Shown: positions 19,382 through 30,102, counted from the first letter of the stretch. The stretch is 64,000 bases of DNA from Vulcanimicrobiota bacterium (GCA_963733295.1 CAVTCS010000003.1:1696001-1760000); one strand, 5' to 3'. Notes: generated from the letters alone by a model not told the origin. Made by a program: numbers and translations.

Positions 19382-20020
19382 TTAAATGAGTCCCCGGCGT
19401 AGCGCGACGACCGCGGCTTGCGTGCGATCCGAAGCGGCAAGCTTTTCGAGGATGTCGCGGATGTGGCCCTTCACGGTTCCGAGGCCGATGGAAAGACCGA
19501 GCGCGATCTCGCCGTTGCCGCGGCCGTCGGCGATCATGCGCAAAACCTCGGTCTCGCGCTTCGTCAACGGCGAATCGGTAACGGTCGCGCGCACGGCTCC
19601 CAGGTGGCGCATCACGGCACTTGCAACCTTCGGATCGAAATAGACGCCGCCGTCGGCGGCGGCGCGCACCGCCGCGACGACCTGGTCGAGCCGCGACGTC
19701 TTGAGCGAATACGCGTCGGCCCCAGCCGAAAGCGCGGCCAGCACCTCGTTCTCGAGATCGTGCACGGTTAAGATCGCGACGCGCGTCTGCGGTGAGACGA
19801 GCCGCACGCGCCGGGTCAACTCGATCCCATCGATTCCGGGCAGCCCGATGTCGATCACCGCGACATCGGGTTTGTGGCGCTCGACCGCTTGGAGGCCGCT
19901 CGGACCGTCGCCGGCTTCAGCCACGACACGTAAGTCCTCCGTCGCATCCAGCGCCGTTCGCAGGCCCGCGCGCGTCAGTGCGTGGTCTTCGACCAGAACG
20001 ATCGTGCGCGCTTCGCTCAC
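19382..20020 (-). CDS. NarL/LuxR family response regulator
   Basis: LVEDH, PDVAVIDIGLPG, GADAY.LK; LuxR HTH LTKRETEVL...TVKGHIRDILEKL. Confidence 0.93.
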   Translation of the reverse strand: MSEARTIVLVEDHALTRAGLRTALDATEDLRVVAEAGDGPSGLQAVERHKPDVAVIDIGLPGIDGIELTRRVRLVSPQTRVAILTVHDLENEVLAALSAGADAYSLKTSRLDQVVAAVRAAADGGVYFDPKVASAVMRHLGAVRATVTDSPLTKRETEVLRMIADGRGNGEIALGLSIGLGTVKGHIRDILEKLAASDRTQAAVVALRRGLI

Positions 20021-21594
20021 GCGGGGACCTTCACGTGGTGGAGTGGGAGCGTCAACGTGAACGTACTTCCGCCGCCCTCGCGCGGCGCGTAGAGGATCGA
20101 ACCCCCATGACTCTCGGCGATGCGCCGCACGATGTAGAGACCGAGTCCCGAACCCGCACCCGCCCGCCGCGTGCCGCTCATCCGCTCGAAAAGAAGGCTG
20201 CGTTCGCTTTCCGGAACGCCGAAGCCGGTATCGGCAACCACGACTTGCGTGGATCCGCCGCGTTCGACGGCCTGCACGTCGATGCTGCCACCGGCCGGCG
20301 TAAAGGCAATCGCGTTCGCGACGAGATTGACGAGCGCGCGGCGCAGCTCGCCGGCGTCGCCCAGCGTGGCCGCCGCGTCCTGCGTTCGAGCGGCGAGCGC
20401 GATCGGCTTTCCAGTCCAGAGCGGTTCGAGTTCGTCGACGACGCTGCGAACGAGCGGGGCGAGCTCCACGTGCTCGCGTTGCGTCGACTGATCGCCGGAC
20501 TCGTAGCGCGAGACGAGCAACAAGGTTTCGGCCAAGCGCTGCAGTTCGTCGTTCGACTGCAGCGATCGTTCGAGCAGCTCGCGATACGTCCGCGGCAATT
20601 CGCCGTAGGCACCGGCCAACGCTTGGCGCATCGTCATCCCCGCTGCCACCAGCGGCGTGCGAAGGTCGTGAGACAAGGCGTACACGATGTCGCGGATGAC
20701 GTTCGTCCGCTCGCTCAACGCAGCGTTGGCCGCAGCGAGTTCTTCGTTCCGGCCGGAGATCATGACGAAGAGACGCGCTTGGGCGAGAGCGATGGCGGCC
20801 TGGTCCGCATAGTAGAGCAGTCCCTCCTCAAACGCCGGCTCGAACTCGCGATAATCGCGTTGCAAGACGAGCACGCCGAAGATCGTTTCGTGTTCGAGGA
20901 GCGGCGCTGCGATTGCGGCATGCGAACCCAGCGTCTCGAGCAGCAGCCGTCCGAGCACGTCACCCTCGCTCGGCCTCAAGATCGTTCGTTCGTCGGAGAC
21001 GTGTTGCAGCAAAGACAAAACGGCGCTCGGCGGACGTTCGAGGAGTTCTTCGATCTCGAGATTCCCGCGCGTTGCGACGAAGGTGGTCGGTCGATCCAAT
21101 CCCGCCTCGAAGACGTACAGCCGGGCGCGATCGACGTCGAGTGCGGCGCACGCTTCGCGCACGGTCGCCCGTTCGATCAGTTCGACGTTCATCGAGGCGC
21201 GGATCGCTTCGACGGCCCGCCGCAGCCCGCGCTCGCGCAAGGTCCGGCGCTCGCGTGCCGCCGCTTCGCCCGCTTCTTTTCCGGCGCGTTGCGTCGCGAT
21301 GCTGAGACTGCCCACGAGCAAGAACGAAAGGCCAACGATGACGCGATTCGCGAGCGCGATCGAGTCCCAGTGGTTGCCCGCGAAGAGCCCGTCGAAATAT
21401 CCGGCGGCTACATCCTCGACGAGCGCGAGAAAGACCAAGAGCCGGCTGAAGCGGGGATCGAAGGCGAGGCTGGAGAGCGCGATCGGAGCGTTGAGCAAGA
21501 TCGCCGCGACGAAGAGCTGCGGCGTTACGAGATCGAGGATCAACGCTGCGACGAGCAGCACGATGCAGGCGGGGCGAATCCAGCGTCGGGGCAC
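20017..21594 (-). CDS. membrane sensor histidine kinase with GAF domain
   Basis: N-terminal TM helices, GAF, H-box LSHDLRTPL, N-box NLVANAI, DTG.G, GSGLGLYIV. The start is likely GTG 21594, because the track start 21657 nearly abuts the divergent gene. Confidence 0.88.
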   Translation of the reverse strand: MPRRWIRPACIVLLVAALILDLVTPQLFVAAILLNAPIALSSLAFDPRFSRLLVFLALVEDVAAGYFDGLFAGNHWDSIALANRVIVGLSFLLVGSLSIATQRAGKEAGEAAARERRTLRERGLRRAVEAIRASMNVELIERATVREACAALDVDRARLYVFEAGLDRPTTFVATRGNLEIEELLERPPSAVLSLLQHVSDERTILRPSEGDVLGRLLLETLGSHAAIAAPLLEHETIFGVLVLQRDYREFEPAFEEGLLYYADQAAIALAQARLFVMISGRNEELAAANAALSERTNVIRDIVYALSHDLRTPLVAAGMTMRQALAGAYGELPRTYRELLERSLQSNDELQRLAETLLLVSRYESGDQSTQREHVELAPLVRSVVDELEPLWTGKPIALAARTQDAAATLGDAGELRRALVNLVANAIAFTPAGGSIDVQAVERGGSTQVVVADTGFGVPESERSLLFERMSGTRRAGAGSGLGLYIVRRIAESHGGSILYAPREGGGSTFTLTLPLHHVKVPA

Positions 21595-21662
21595 ACCCTC
21601 GCGTTCGCGAGCACCGGCGCGCCTCCCCGGGGCTCGGACCTCTCGAGCGAGAAGCATCGGCC

Positions 21663-23774
21663 GTGAGCGAGCAACGGACTCGGCCGACTCCCGAAGCGCT
21701 TCTCAAGGAATTCGGCGGCACACCGCGCCTGACGGTTTATCTCGCGATCGCACCCGGTGCCGGAAAGACAAGGCGACTCCTCGAGGACGCCGTCCACGCC
21801 CAAGAGACGGGGCTACGCGTATCGATCGGCTGGGTCGAGACGAAGGGCCGTCCCGATCTCGACCGGCTCGCTGCCAGAATTCCGCGTATTCCGCGACGCA
21901 CCGTGCAAGTCGGCGGCTCGGAGTTCAGCGACTTCGATTTCGAGCGCGCGCTCGAGTTGAAACCACAGTTGATCGTTCTCGACGAGCTGGCCCATACCAA
22001 TCTTCCCGGAGGCGCGCATGCCAAGCGATGGCAAGACGCGCTCGCGTTGCGGGCTGCGGGGATCTCGGTCAGCGGCGCATTTAACATTCAGCACCTCGAA
22101 ACCGCGGCCGCCACCGCCGAAGGGCTGATCGGTCACCCCGTCCGCGAGATCGTGCCGCTCTCGTTCTTGCGTGAAGCCGACGAGGTCGTCGCGCTCGACG
22201 TGTCGCTGGAACAGCTCGAGGCTCGTCTGAAGGCGGGCTCGGTCGTGCCGAGCGACGACATCGCGCGCGCTCGAAACGGCATCTTTCGGCCTTCGACCCT
22301 GCGCGCGCTGCGCGAGATCATGCTTCACACGATCGACGACCTCACGGTCCCCGAAGTCACGCCGCGCAAGACCTCGACGGTGCTCGCGCTGGCGACCGGT
22401 GACGGCGATCTGGCTGCTTTCCTGCGTAAAAGTGCGAGCGTCGCCGACGCACTCGATCTCGCGCTCGACGTCGCGCTGATCGGCGAGCGTAATATCGACG
22501 CCTTGGCGGAACTGAGCAAACAGTACGACGCTTCGGTCGTGCCGCTGGAAGCGTTCGACCCCGCCAAGCCCGAGCTCCACGACGTCAAGGCGACCTTGAT
22601 CGCGGCGCCGCGCGGGGCGCTTGCGAGCAAACTCGTCAGCCGCTCGATCGAGCGAGACGTTTTCGTCGTCGACCCGATGCCGGGCGTGGTCGGCGACCGC
22701 GAACTGACCTTTTCGCGCATCGCGCAGACAGCGGCCGACCGGATGCGGATCGGCTACGGCCGTCTAACGATTTATCTCGGAGCGGCCGCCGGAAGCGGCA
22801 AGACCTACGCGATGCTCGACCGCGCGCATCAAATGAAGGAAGCGGGGATCGACGTCGTCGGGGGACTGATCGAAACGCACGGCCGCAGCGATACCGAAAA
22901 GAAAGCCGAAGGGCTCGAAATCCTGCCGCGGCGCTTAGCCGATTGCGACGGCACCAAGTCGAGCGAACTCGATCTCGACGCCCTCCTGGCGCGCCGCCCG
23001 GCGGTCGCGCTCATCGACGAGCTAGCGCACACGAATGCCGCCTGTGACGCCCACGCCAAGCGCTACGACGACGTTCTGCAGATCCTGCGGGCCGGAATAT
23101 CGGTTATCACCACGCTCAACATCCAGCATCTCGAAGGCCTCAACGACGCGGTCTTCCGTCTCACCGGTCAGCGCGTCCGGGAGACCGTTCCGGACGACAT
23201 CCTGAGCATTGCCGACGAGGTCATCCTGATCGACACGACGCCGGCCACGCTGCGCGAGCGCCTGCGTAACGGCAAGATCTACGGACCCGAGAAGATCGAG
23301 GACGCGCTTTCGCACTTCTTCCGTGCCGAAAACCTCGGCGCGTTGCGGGAGCTCGCGTTGCGGGAAGTGGTTCGCGCTCGCGGCACGCGAAGGCCCGCAC
23401 CTTTTTCCCGGATCGTGCTCGGCGTGAAAGCTCGCGAACGCGACATCGAGCTGATCGAACGAAGCGCGCGCATCGCGCTCAGGCTCGAGATCGATCTGTA
23501 CGTCGTCCACGTCGCCAAGAACGCCACGGACAGCCAGTCGCGCGTCGTCGACGCCCTGGCCGACGCCACGCGACGCGTTCGCGGGCGTTGGAGCGTCGTC
23601 TTGGGGAGCGATCCGGCAAAGGCACTCGTCGAATTCACGCACGAATCGGGGGGCACGATCACGGTCGAGGGCGCGCGCAAGTCACCGCTCTGGATCTCCG
23701 GCCGGCTTCCGTTAGCGCGCAGGCTCCTCGAAGCCGGTGCGCGTCAGCTCCTCGTGCTCGCACCGGCAAACTAA
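21663..23774 (+). CDS. soluble KdpD-like protein with two tandem KdpD sensor domains plus Usp-like domains; no TM or kinase domain
   Basis: Copy 1: LTVYLAIAPGAGKT...VETKGR...LDELAHTN..KRWQD...NIQHLE. Copy 2: GRLTIYLGAAAGSGKTYAML...IETHGR...IDELAHTN..KRYDD...TTLNIQHLE...VRETVPD...LRELAL. No H-box or G-boxes. Confidence 0.88.
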   Translation: MSEQRTRPTPEALLKEFGGTPRLTVYLAIAPGAGKTRRLLEDAVHAQETGLRVSIGWVETKGRPDLDRLAARIPRIPRRTVQVGGSEFSDFDFERALELKPQLIVLDELAHTNLPGGAHAKRWQDALALRAAGISVSGAFNIQHLETAAATAEGLIGHPVREIVPLSFLREADEVVALDVSLEQLEARLKAGSVVPSDDIARARNGIFRPSTLRALREIMLHTIDDLTVPEVTPRKTSTVLALATGDGDLAAFLRKSASVADALDLALDVALIGERNIDALAELSKQYDASVVPLEAFDPAKPELHDVKATLIAAPRGALASKLVSRSIERDVFVVDPMPGVVGDRELTFSRIAQTAADRMRIGYGRLTIYLGAAAGSGKTYAMLDRAHQMKEAGIDVVGGLIETHGRSDTEKKAEGLEILPRRLADCDGTKSSELDLDALLARRPAVALIDELAHTNAACDAHAKRYDDVLQILRAGISVITTLNIQHLEGLNDAVFRLTGQRVRETVPDDILSIADEVILIDTTPATLRERLRNGKIYGPEKIEDALSHFFRAENLGALRELALREVVRARGTRRPAPFSRIVLGVKARERDIELIERSARIALRLEIDLYVVHVAKNATDSQSRVVDALADATRRVRGRWSVVLGSDPAKALVEFTHESGGTITVEGARKSPLWISGRLPLARRLLEAGARQLLVLAPAN

Positions 23775-23808
23775 AAGCGGCGCCGGCTCCGCGAGCCGGC
23801 GCCGCTTT
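23774..23808. terminator. bidirectional intrinsic terminator
   Basis: Perfect 16-bp inverted repeat AAAGCGGCGCCGGCTC-CGC-GAGCCGGCGCCGCTTT between convergent genes. Confidence 0.8.
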
Positions 23809-23824
23809 CAGGTTTGGTCTTGGG

Positions 23825-26800
23825 TTAGAGCTTCAGCTGGTAGTAGACTTGGAACGCGAACGGTTGCAGCGGGGCAATGAGCGGGCCGCCGGCCGTCGTG
23901 AAGCTCCCGTTCGAGAGGATGTACGCGCCGTTACTGTACGCGTACGATTCATGCGGGATGTTGGAGCACCCGCGAGCCGAACCGAATCCGCCCGCAGATT
24001 GCGGAATGCAGTTCGCGTTGTAACTCGTCTGCGGACCCGACACGCCGGTCGTTACCGGCTGGTAATACGGGTTGACTGCCGGCACCGAGTTGATGAACCC
24101 ATTTCCGAATAGGTTGACGAACTGGATGCCGACCGTGCTCGACTTGATCGCGTATTGCAAGGTCAGACCAGCTTGCAAGTTGATCGCCGAGAGGAAACCA
24201 CCGTATGCAGGAGTCTGGCTGACGCCACGGGTGCCCGCGATATTAGGATTGAAGTTCGTACCAGGAAACGCCGGATCGTAGTACGCGGTGGACAGATTGG
24301 CACCGCTCGTGGTGTACAGTCCGTTGTTGACCTGGGGTGAACCGCATCCGAAATTCACGAGCTGGATGTTGACGTTCTTCCCCTCGCAAGTCGCGGCGAT
24401 GAGATTACCCGCCGTGTACGGATATCCAACGTCCATTTGGAGGACCGGCGTAGCGCTGAAGCCGCTGGCCGTCTTGTACGTCGTGCCGAGACGCATCGAA
24501 AACGGCGAAACGTAGCCGGCTCGATAGAGGTTTCCGAGCGCGAGCGTCGCTGGCGCCAGAAGCGGCACGTTCGTCTCGTTGACCGAGAGAGGGGGGGTCG
24601 TGCTGAGCACGTTCTGATAGGTGGCTGCGAAGAAGCCGGACAAGCCGACGGCCTTCGTCGGCGTCGTCAAGTCGAACTCGACGCCCGTCGTTTTGTTGTA
24701 GCCCCGATTGTCCGTACCGAAGATGTCCTGGCCGTTTGGAAGCTGCGCGATCAAGCCGGCTGCCGGCAGGTTCGAGCCTATTTTGAAGAAGCCCACGACA
24801 CGCGAACCCCAGCCGTTTTTGAACGCGTGGTTGAAGCTCAGGTCGTAGTTGTTGTAGAGGGCTGGTTCCGAGCCGCCCGCATCGGGCGCTTCCACGGCGT
24901 CACCTTGCCAGTACAACTGCTGCGAGTAGAACGCGCAGGGGACGGCGTTTCCGCTGATGGCCCCGAAACACGTCGCACCCGGCTTGGCCGGAATCTTCGT
25001 ATATGGCGCGAGATTGTAGAGGTTGAACGGCGTGCCGCCGGTCTGCGCGTTGATGAATACGGCCGAACGTCCGTACGACGCACGGACCGAGTTCGTCGTA
25101 TTGAGCTGATAGCTGATGCCGATCCGCGGTTCCCATTCCGTCGGGTTCAGGAACGCGCTCGTCCAAGACGAGGGAAGAACCGAGTACGGACCACCCGGCG
25201 TATTAGACGGAATTCCTTGCCCGTACTGGTCGAGCTGGTTGAACCAGTGACCGTTCTGACCTTCGTAGCGGACACCCGCGTCGATGTGCATCGCCGCCGT
25301 CGGCGTGTACTGGAAGCGAACGCCCATTCCGTAGTTCTGGAAGAGGGTCTTCTGGTAATTGATTCCCCACATCGGAATGCGCGGCACCGCTTCACCCTTG
25401 CTGGTGAAGTAGTTGTAGATGTAGCCGCCCGGCAACCAGTCCGACGTATTGGGCTGGGTCGCCGCGTCGGTGAACTGATTGACGGCGAAGAAACCGATCT
25501 GCGGCTGGTAGTCATCCCAGACCGGGTGCTGGCCTTCGTACTTGCCGTTGAGCGAAACGAGCAAATTCGAGGCGAATTGATGGGAGACGTCGAGCGACAT
25601 TCCCGTGGTGGGGCCGCCGACGTGCTGCTGGACGGAGATGCCGGACAGGCCGGGCCCGATGCTGTACGAGTTATCGTTGTCGAGGTATTGCGCCCAGTTG
25701 TAGTAACGCAGCGCTAGGAACGTGGTCGAATTCAGATTGTTGTCGTATTCGAACTTTAGGAACCCAGTGTTCAGCGACGCATTCTGCTGCGGCTGGTTGA
25801 TCGTTTGATTCGTAGCCGGCACACCGGGCGCCAATCCGATGAGACTCGCATACTGTGCGGGCGTATATCCGGTGAGGCCGTAATACCCGCCCTGAGTCAG
25901 AGTGTCGTACGGGTAGTACGCCAGGCCGTTCGGGTTCGATTCGGCGTTGTAGGGCAAGCCCCCGTTGGGGATGCCGCCCAGATTGCCGGTCTGTATCTGG
26001 CTGATGTTCGTGTAGAGAATCTGCAGCGACTGTGCTTGATTCTTACCGAACTTAAAGATGAAATTGTTGGTGAACTGGTTGTTGGACGTATATTGGTTTT
26101 GGAAATAGGCGCCTAACGAGCCGGCATTCTGTTGCGAATAGCCGAAGTACGGCGCGTATCGCTGGCCGGTATACGCGATGTAGTCGGAAATCGCGCCGTT
26201 CGCCGTCGCGAGGCCTTCCTCAAACGCGAACTGATGGTTGAAATTCGGGCCGCCCGCTTCGAGATCGACGAAGCCGAAACCCGGATACGTGCCGCGCTTC
26301 GGAATGACGTTGATGACGCCCGAACCGACGTTGCCTTGGGTGGCGTCGCCGGCACCCTCGACGACCTGAACCGAGCCCAGGCCGTTGACGAGGCCGTTCG
26401 ATCCGTTGTTGGAAAGGAACGGCTCGGTGAAGCTGACGCCGTCGTACTGGTAGCCGACCTCGCGCGAGGCGCCGCCACGAATCGTGGGCATGCCCGCGTT
26501 GGTCAAGGTCACGCCGGGAACGGCCAACAGCACGTTGTTCTCGTTCGTGGTCGCCAGCTTACCGGTCGATTGCAGAATACGGTTCTGGTCGACCGTGAAC
26601 GTATCGGTCGTCTGCGTCGGCTGGAACGCGCCGGCTTGCGAGCGAGCCGTCACATGGCCGATTTCCTTTTCCTTGCCGAGCGGGATGACCCCCATACCCT
26701 GCGTTTGGTCGCCGACAACCGTAACGCCGGCGAAAGTCGCGGGGAGATAGCCGGGCTCCTCGATCGTGACCAGATACGTGTCGACCGGCATACCGAGAAT

Positions 26801-27046
26801 GCTGAACTGGCCGTTCGAGCCGGTCGTCGCATGGTACGTGCCGCTCGGAGCTACGACCGTCACCTTCGCGTTCGCGATCGGTGCTTTGGTCGACTGATCG
26901 ATGACTGATCCCGATAGATTACCGAACTGACCGCCTGCGGCCATGATCGGGCTGATCGACGTGCCCACGAGGGCAAAAACTAGCGCGACGAGGATGGAGG
27001 CGCGTGCCAGCCATCCTCGACGCTCACGCGTGAACGCCGTAGACAT
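23825..27046 (-). CDS. TonB-dependent receptor-like outer-membrane protein (paralog 1)
   Basis: AGGAGG RBS before ATG 27046; signal peptide; carboxypeptidase-regulatory-like domain; plug-like VLLAVPGV...IRGG...YQYDGV; Tyr/Asn/Gly-rich beta strands; C-terminus FQVYYQLKL. Confidence 0.8.
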   Translation of the reverse strand: MSTAFTRERRGWLARASILVALVFALVGTSISPIMAAGGQFGNLSGSVIDQSTKAPIANAKVTVVAPSGTYHATTGSNGQFSILGMPVDTYLVTIEEPGYLPATFAGVTVVGDQTQGMGVIPLGKEKEIGHVTARSQAGAFQPTQTTDTFTVDQNRILQSTGKLATTNENNVLLAVPGVTLTNAGMPTIRGGASREVGYQYDGVSFTEPFLSNNGSNGLVNGLGSVQVVEGAGDATQGNVGSGVINVIPKRGTYPGFGFVDLEAGGPNFNHQFAFEEGLATANGAISDYIAYTGQRYAPYFGYSQQNAGSLGAYFQNQYTSNNQFTNNFIFKFGKNQAQSLQILYTNISQIQTGNLGGIPNGGLPYNAESNPNGLAYYPYDTLTQGGYYGLTGYTPAQYASLIGLAPGVPATNQTINQPQQNASLNTGFLKFEYDNNLNSTTFLALRYYNWAQYLDNDNSYSIGPGLSGISVQQHVGGPTTGMSLDVSHQFASNLLVSLNGKYEGQHPVWDDYQPQIGFFAVNQFTDAATQPNTSDWLPGGYIYNYFTSKGEAVPRIPMWGINYQKTLFQNYGMGVRFQYTPTAAMHIDAGVRYEGQNGHWFNQLDQYGQGIPSNTPGGPYSVLPSSWTSAFLNPTEWEPRIGISYQLNTTNSVRASYGRSAVFINAQTGGTPFNLYNLAPYTKIPAKPGATCFGAISGNAVPCAFYSQQLYWQGDAVEAPDAGGSEPALYNNYDLSFNHAFKNGWGSRVVGFFKIGSNLPAAGLIAQLPNGQDIFGTDNRGYNKTTGVEFDLTTPTKAVGLSGFFAATYQNVLSTTPPLSVNETNVPLLAPATLALGNLYRAGYVSPFSMRLGTTYKTASGFSATPVLQMDVGYPYTAGNLIAATCEGKNVNIQLVNFGCGSPQVNNGLYTTSGANLSTAYYDPAFPGTNFNPNIAGTRGVSQTPAYGGFLSAINLQAGLTLQYAIKSSTVGIQFVNLFGNGFINSVPAVNPYYQPVTTGVSGPQTSYNANCIPQSAGGFGSARGCSNIPHESYAYSNGAYILSNGSFTTAGGPLIAPLQPFAFQVYYQLKL

Positions 27047-27413
27047 AGATGTCCCTCCTAAAAGGGCGATGCGCCGCGGCTCAGCCGTTAATGCCGGCAA
27101 CGAGTTCGCGGCCGTGGATTTGGCGTCAGGTATGAACTGACGGACCGCAGTGTCCGCGATCGCCCTGCTCAACGTGTGCGTGGTCTTGCGGCCAGAACCC
27201 AAGTTCCCTGGACGATCGCCACGAGCGTTAGACAGGAAGATCAGCGAACCGAGACTGCGTCTCAGCATACTGTCTCCTCTTGATTCAGTTTTTTCCCGAG
27301 CGAAGTCGATACGTGTCGACTATCGCAATAGGCCGCTTCCTTCGCTCAATTGTTAATCCTCGCGTTTGTTTACCCGCTGTTTAGTCATTGAGCGAAAACG
27401 CGAAAAACGAGGG

Positions 27414-28028
27414 CTACTTGAGCGGCGAGCCGTCCAGCGCGAGGTTCAGTTCGAGGACGTTGACGCGCGGCTCGCCGAGAAAACCGAGTTCGCGGCCGTG
27501 AACGTACTTCGCGACGATCGCGTTGACCGCGTCGACGCTCATCTTGCGCGCCTTGGCGATGCGCGGCGCTTGGTAGTACGCACCCTCAGGCGAGATGTCG
27601 GGATCGATACCGCTCGCGCTGGAGGTCACGAGGTCCATCGGGATCGGCAACGTGGCGTCCGGATTCGCTTTGCGGAGCGCTTTGATCGCGTCGCTCGTCG
27701 CATCGATGAGCTTCTTCGAGGTGGGGCCGAGGTTGGTGCCGCCGGTCGCGGTGGGGTCGTAGCCGTTCTTGCCGGCCGCCGACGGGCGCCCTTGAAAATA
27801 CTGCGGCTTGGTCCACAACTGTCCGATGATGTCCGAGCCGACGACCTTTCCGTTGACCGTAAGCATCGAGCCGCCGGCTTGGCTTGGGAAGAGCGCGAGC
27901 GCGATGGCGGTCATCATCAGCGGATAGACGAGACCCAGCACCATCACCGACACCACCGTATAGGCCGCGGCCGTCCCCAGGTGCTTTAAGGTATTGTCGT
28001 GCGTCAGTGCCGGCGTTGGTGTCTCCAT
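27414..28028 (-). CDS. kdpC: K+-transporting ATPase subunit C
   Basis: LFPSQAGGS, GS.IIGQ, YFQGRPSA, DLVTSSASGIDPDIS, GEPRVNVLELNLALD. Confidence 0.96.
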   Translation of the reverse strand: METPTPALTHDNTLKHLGTAAAYTVVSVMVLGLVYPLMMTAIALALFPSQAGGSMLTVNGKVVGSDIIGQLWTKPQYFQGRPSAAGKNGYDPTATGGTNLGPTSKKLIDATSDAIKALRKANPDATLPIPMDLVTSSASGIDPDISPEGAYYQAPRIAKARKMSVDAVNAIVAKYVHGRELGFLGEPRVNVLELNLALDGSPLK

Positions 28029-28037
28029 ATCGATCCC

Positions 28038-30101
28038 TTAGGTGAGGTGCAGCGCGGTGAGAATCATGTCGACGATCTTGATCCCGACGAAGGGCACGAC
28101 GATCCCGCCGAAGCCGTAGATCAGGACGTTGTCGCGCAAAACGGCATTGGCGCCGCGCGGCATGTAACTCACGCCGCGCAGCGCGAGCGGGATGAGCGCG
28201 ATGATGATGAGCGCGTTGAAGATCACGGCCGAAAGGATCGCACTCTGCGCCGTGGAGAGACGCATGACGTTGAGCGCCTCCATCGGCGGGTAGGTTATCT
28301 TGAACATCGCCGGTAGAATCGCGAAGTATTTCGCAACGTCGTTGGCGATCGAGAACGTGGTCAAGGCTCCGCGCGTCATAAGCAACTGCTTGCCGATCTC
28401 GACCACTTCGATCAGTTTCGTCGGATCCGAATCGAGATCGACCATGTTGGCGGCTTCTTTGGCCGCCTGCGTTCCCGAATTCATGGCGACGCCGACATCC
28501 GCTTGAGCCAGCGCCGGCGCGTCGTTGGTACCGTCTCCCGTCATCGCGACGAGCCGGCCGGAACCCTGCTCGCGCTTGATGAGCGACATCTTGGTTTCGG
28601 GGGTCGCCTCGGCAAGAAAGTCGTCGACGCCCGCCTCGCGGGCGATCGCCGCAGCCGTGAGCGGGTTGTCGCCCGTGATCATGATCGTGCGAATGCCCAT
28701 CGCGCGCATGCGATCGAAGCGATTTTTCATGTTGGGCTTCAAGATATCTTTGAGGTGGATGACCGCCAGGATGGTCTTGTCGCGCGCCAGCAACAGCGGC
28801 GTTCCGCCCGAGCGCGCGATGCGCTCGACGTCGGCGCTGAGAACCAAGGCTCCGTCGCCGCCGCGTTCGCGTACCCAAGCGCGCACCGCGTCGGGCGCTC
28901 CCTTGCGGATCGCCTCGCCGTCGGCAAGGTCGAGGCCGCTCATACGCGTGTACGCGCTGAAGGGCACGAACTGCGCCCCTGGCCTGGGGTGACCGTTGCC
29001 GGCCGAAACGGCTTCTTGTTCGGTGAGGGCGACGATCGAGCGACCCTCGGGCGTTTCGTCGGGAAGCGAGGAAAGGTAGGCGGCGACGAAGGCGTCCTTC
29101 TTTGAGACGCCGTCCGCGAGGACGATCTCGCTCGCCTGGCGGTTGCCCAGCGTAATCGTCCCTGTCTTGTCCAGCAGCAAGGTGTCGACGTCGCCGGCCG
29201 CCTCGACGGCGCGGCCGCTCATGGCAAGCACGTTCCGCTGCAAGACGCGGTCCATGCCGGCGATGCCGATTGCGGAGAGGAGACCGCCGATCGTCGTCGG
29301 GATCAAGCAGACGAGGAGCGCCACGAGAACCGTCACGCTCTGAACCGTACCGGCATAGATCGAGAACGGCCCGAGCGTCACGACCGCGATGACGAAGATC
29401 AGGGTTAGGCCGGCGAGCAGGATCGAGAGCGCGATCTCGTTCGGCGTCTTTTGACGGCGCGCGCCTTCGACGAGCGAGATCATGCGGTCGAGGAACGTTT
29501 CGCCCGGGTTGGAGGTGATCCGGATAAGGATGTGGTCGGAAAGCACGCGCGTGCCGCCGGTGACGGCGGAACGATCGCCGCCTGCCTCGCGAATGACGGG
29601 AGCCGACTCGCCGGTGATCGCCGACTCGTCAACCGAAGCTGCGCCCTCGACGACTTCCCCGTCGCCGGCGATCAGCTCGCCGGCGTCGACGCGGATCAGA
29701 TCGCCCTTGCGTAACTCGTTCGCGGCGACGAGTTTTTCGTCGCCGTCGACGACGCGTCGCGCCTTGGTATCGGTTTTGGTGCGGCGCAAGAAATCGGCTT
29801 GCGCCTTGCCGCGACCCTCGGCGACGGCCTCGGCAAAGTTGGCGAAGACCACCGTGAACCACAGCCAAATGCTGATCGCGAAATCGAAGCCCGCGTTCTT
29901 CCCTCCCGCCGCGATAAGGTCGCGGAAAAGGAACAGCGTCGTGGCCACGGCTCCGACTTCGACGACGAACATGACCGGATTGCGCGCCTGCCAGCGCGGA
30001 TCGAGTTTGCGTAGCGAGTCGGCCACGGCTCGGCCAAGGATCGCCCGGTCGAACAGCGAGCGCTCTTGCGGGCGGCGCTCCAGCCGGCTTTGCGGAAGCA
30101 C
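28038..30101 (-). CDS. kdpB: K+-transporting ATPase subunit B
   Basis: [50 protein letters not shown]. Confidence 0.98.
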   Translation of the reverse strand: MLPQSRLERRPQERSLFDRAILGRAVADSLRKLDPRWQARNPVMFVVEVGAVATTLFLFRDLIAAGGKNAGFDFAISIWLWFTVVFANFAEAVAEGRGKAQADFLRRTKTDTKARRVVDGDEKLVAANELRKGDLIRVDAGELIAGDGEVVEGAASVDESAITGESAPVIREAGGDRSAVTGGTRVLSDHILIRITSNPGETFLDRMISLVEGARRQKTPNEIALSILLAGLTLIFVIAVVTLGPFSIYAGTVQSVTVLVALLVCLIPTTIGGLLSAIGIAGMDRVLQRNVLAMSGRAVEAAGDVDTLLLDKTGTITLGNRQASEIVLADGVSKKDAFVAAYLSSLPDETPEGRSIVALTEQEAVSAGNGHPRPGAQFVPFSAYTRMSGLDLADGEAIRKGAPDAVRAWVRERGGDGALVLSADVERIARSGGTPLLLARDKTILAVIHLKDILKPNMKNRFDRMRAMGIRTIMITGDNPLTAAAIAREAGVDDFLAEATPETKMSLIKREQGSGRLVAMTGDGTNDAPALAQADVGVAMNSGTQAAKEAANMVDLDSDPTKLIEVVEIGKQLLMTRGALTTFSIANDVAKYFAILPAMFKITYPPMEALNVMRLSTAQSAILSAVIFNALIIIALIPLALRGVSYMPRGANAVLRDNVLIYGFGGIVVPFVGIKIVDMILTALHLT

Positions 30102-30102
30102 T

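Noticed and set aside
19792..21666. Long antisense ORFs (e.g. 19792..21666 +, 52343..54316 +, 31983..33629 +, 9640..11115 +, 1..495 +)
   Set aside because: They overlap well-supported genes, are Arg/Ala-rich and have no motifs: typical high-GC shadow ORFs
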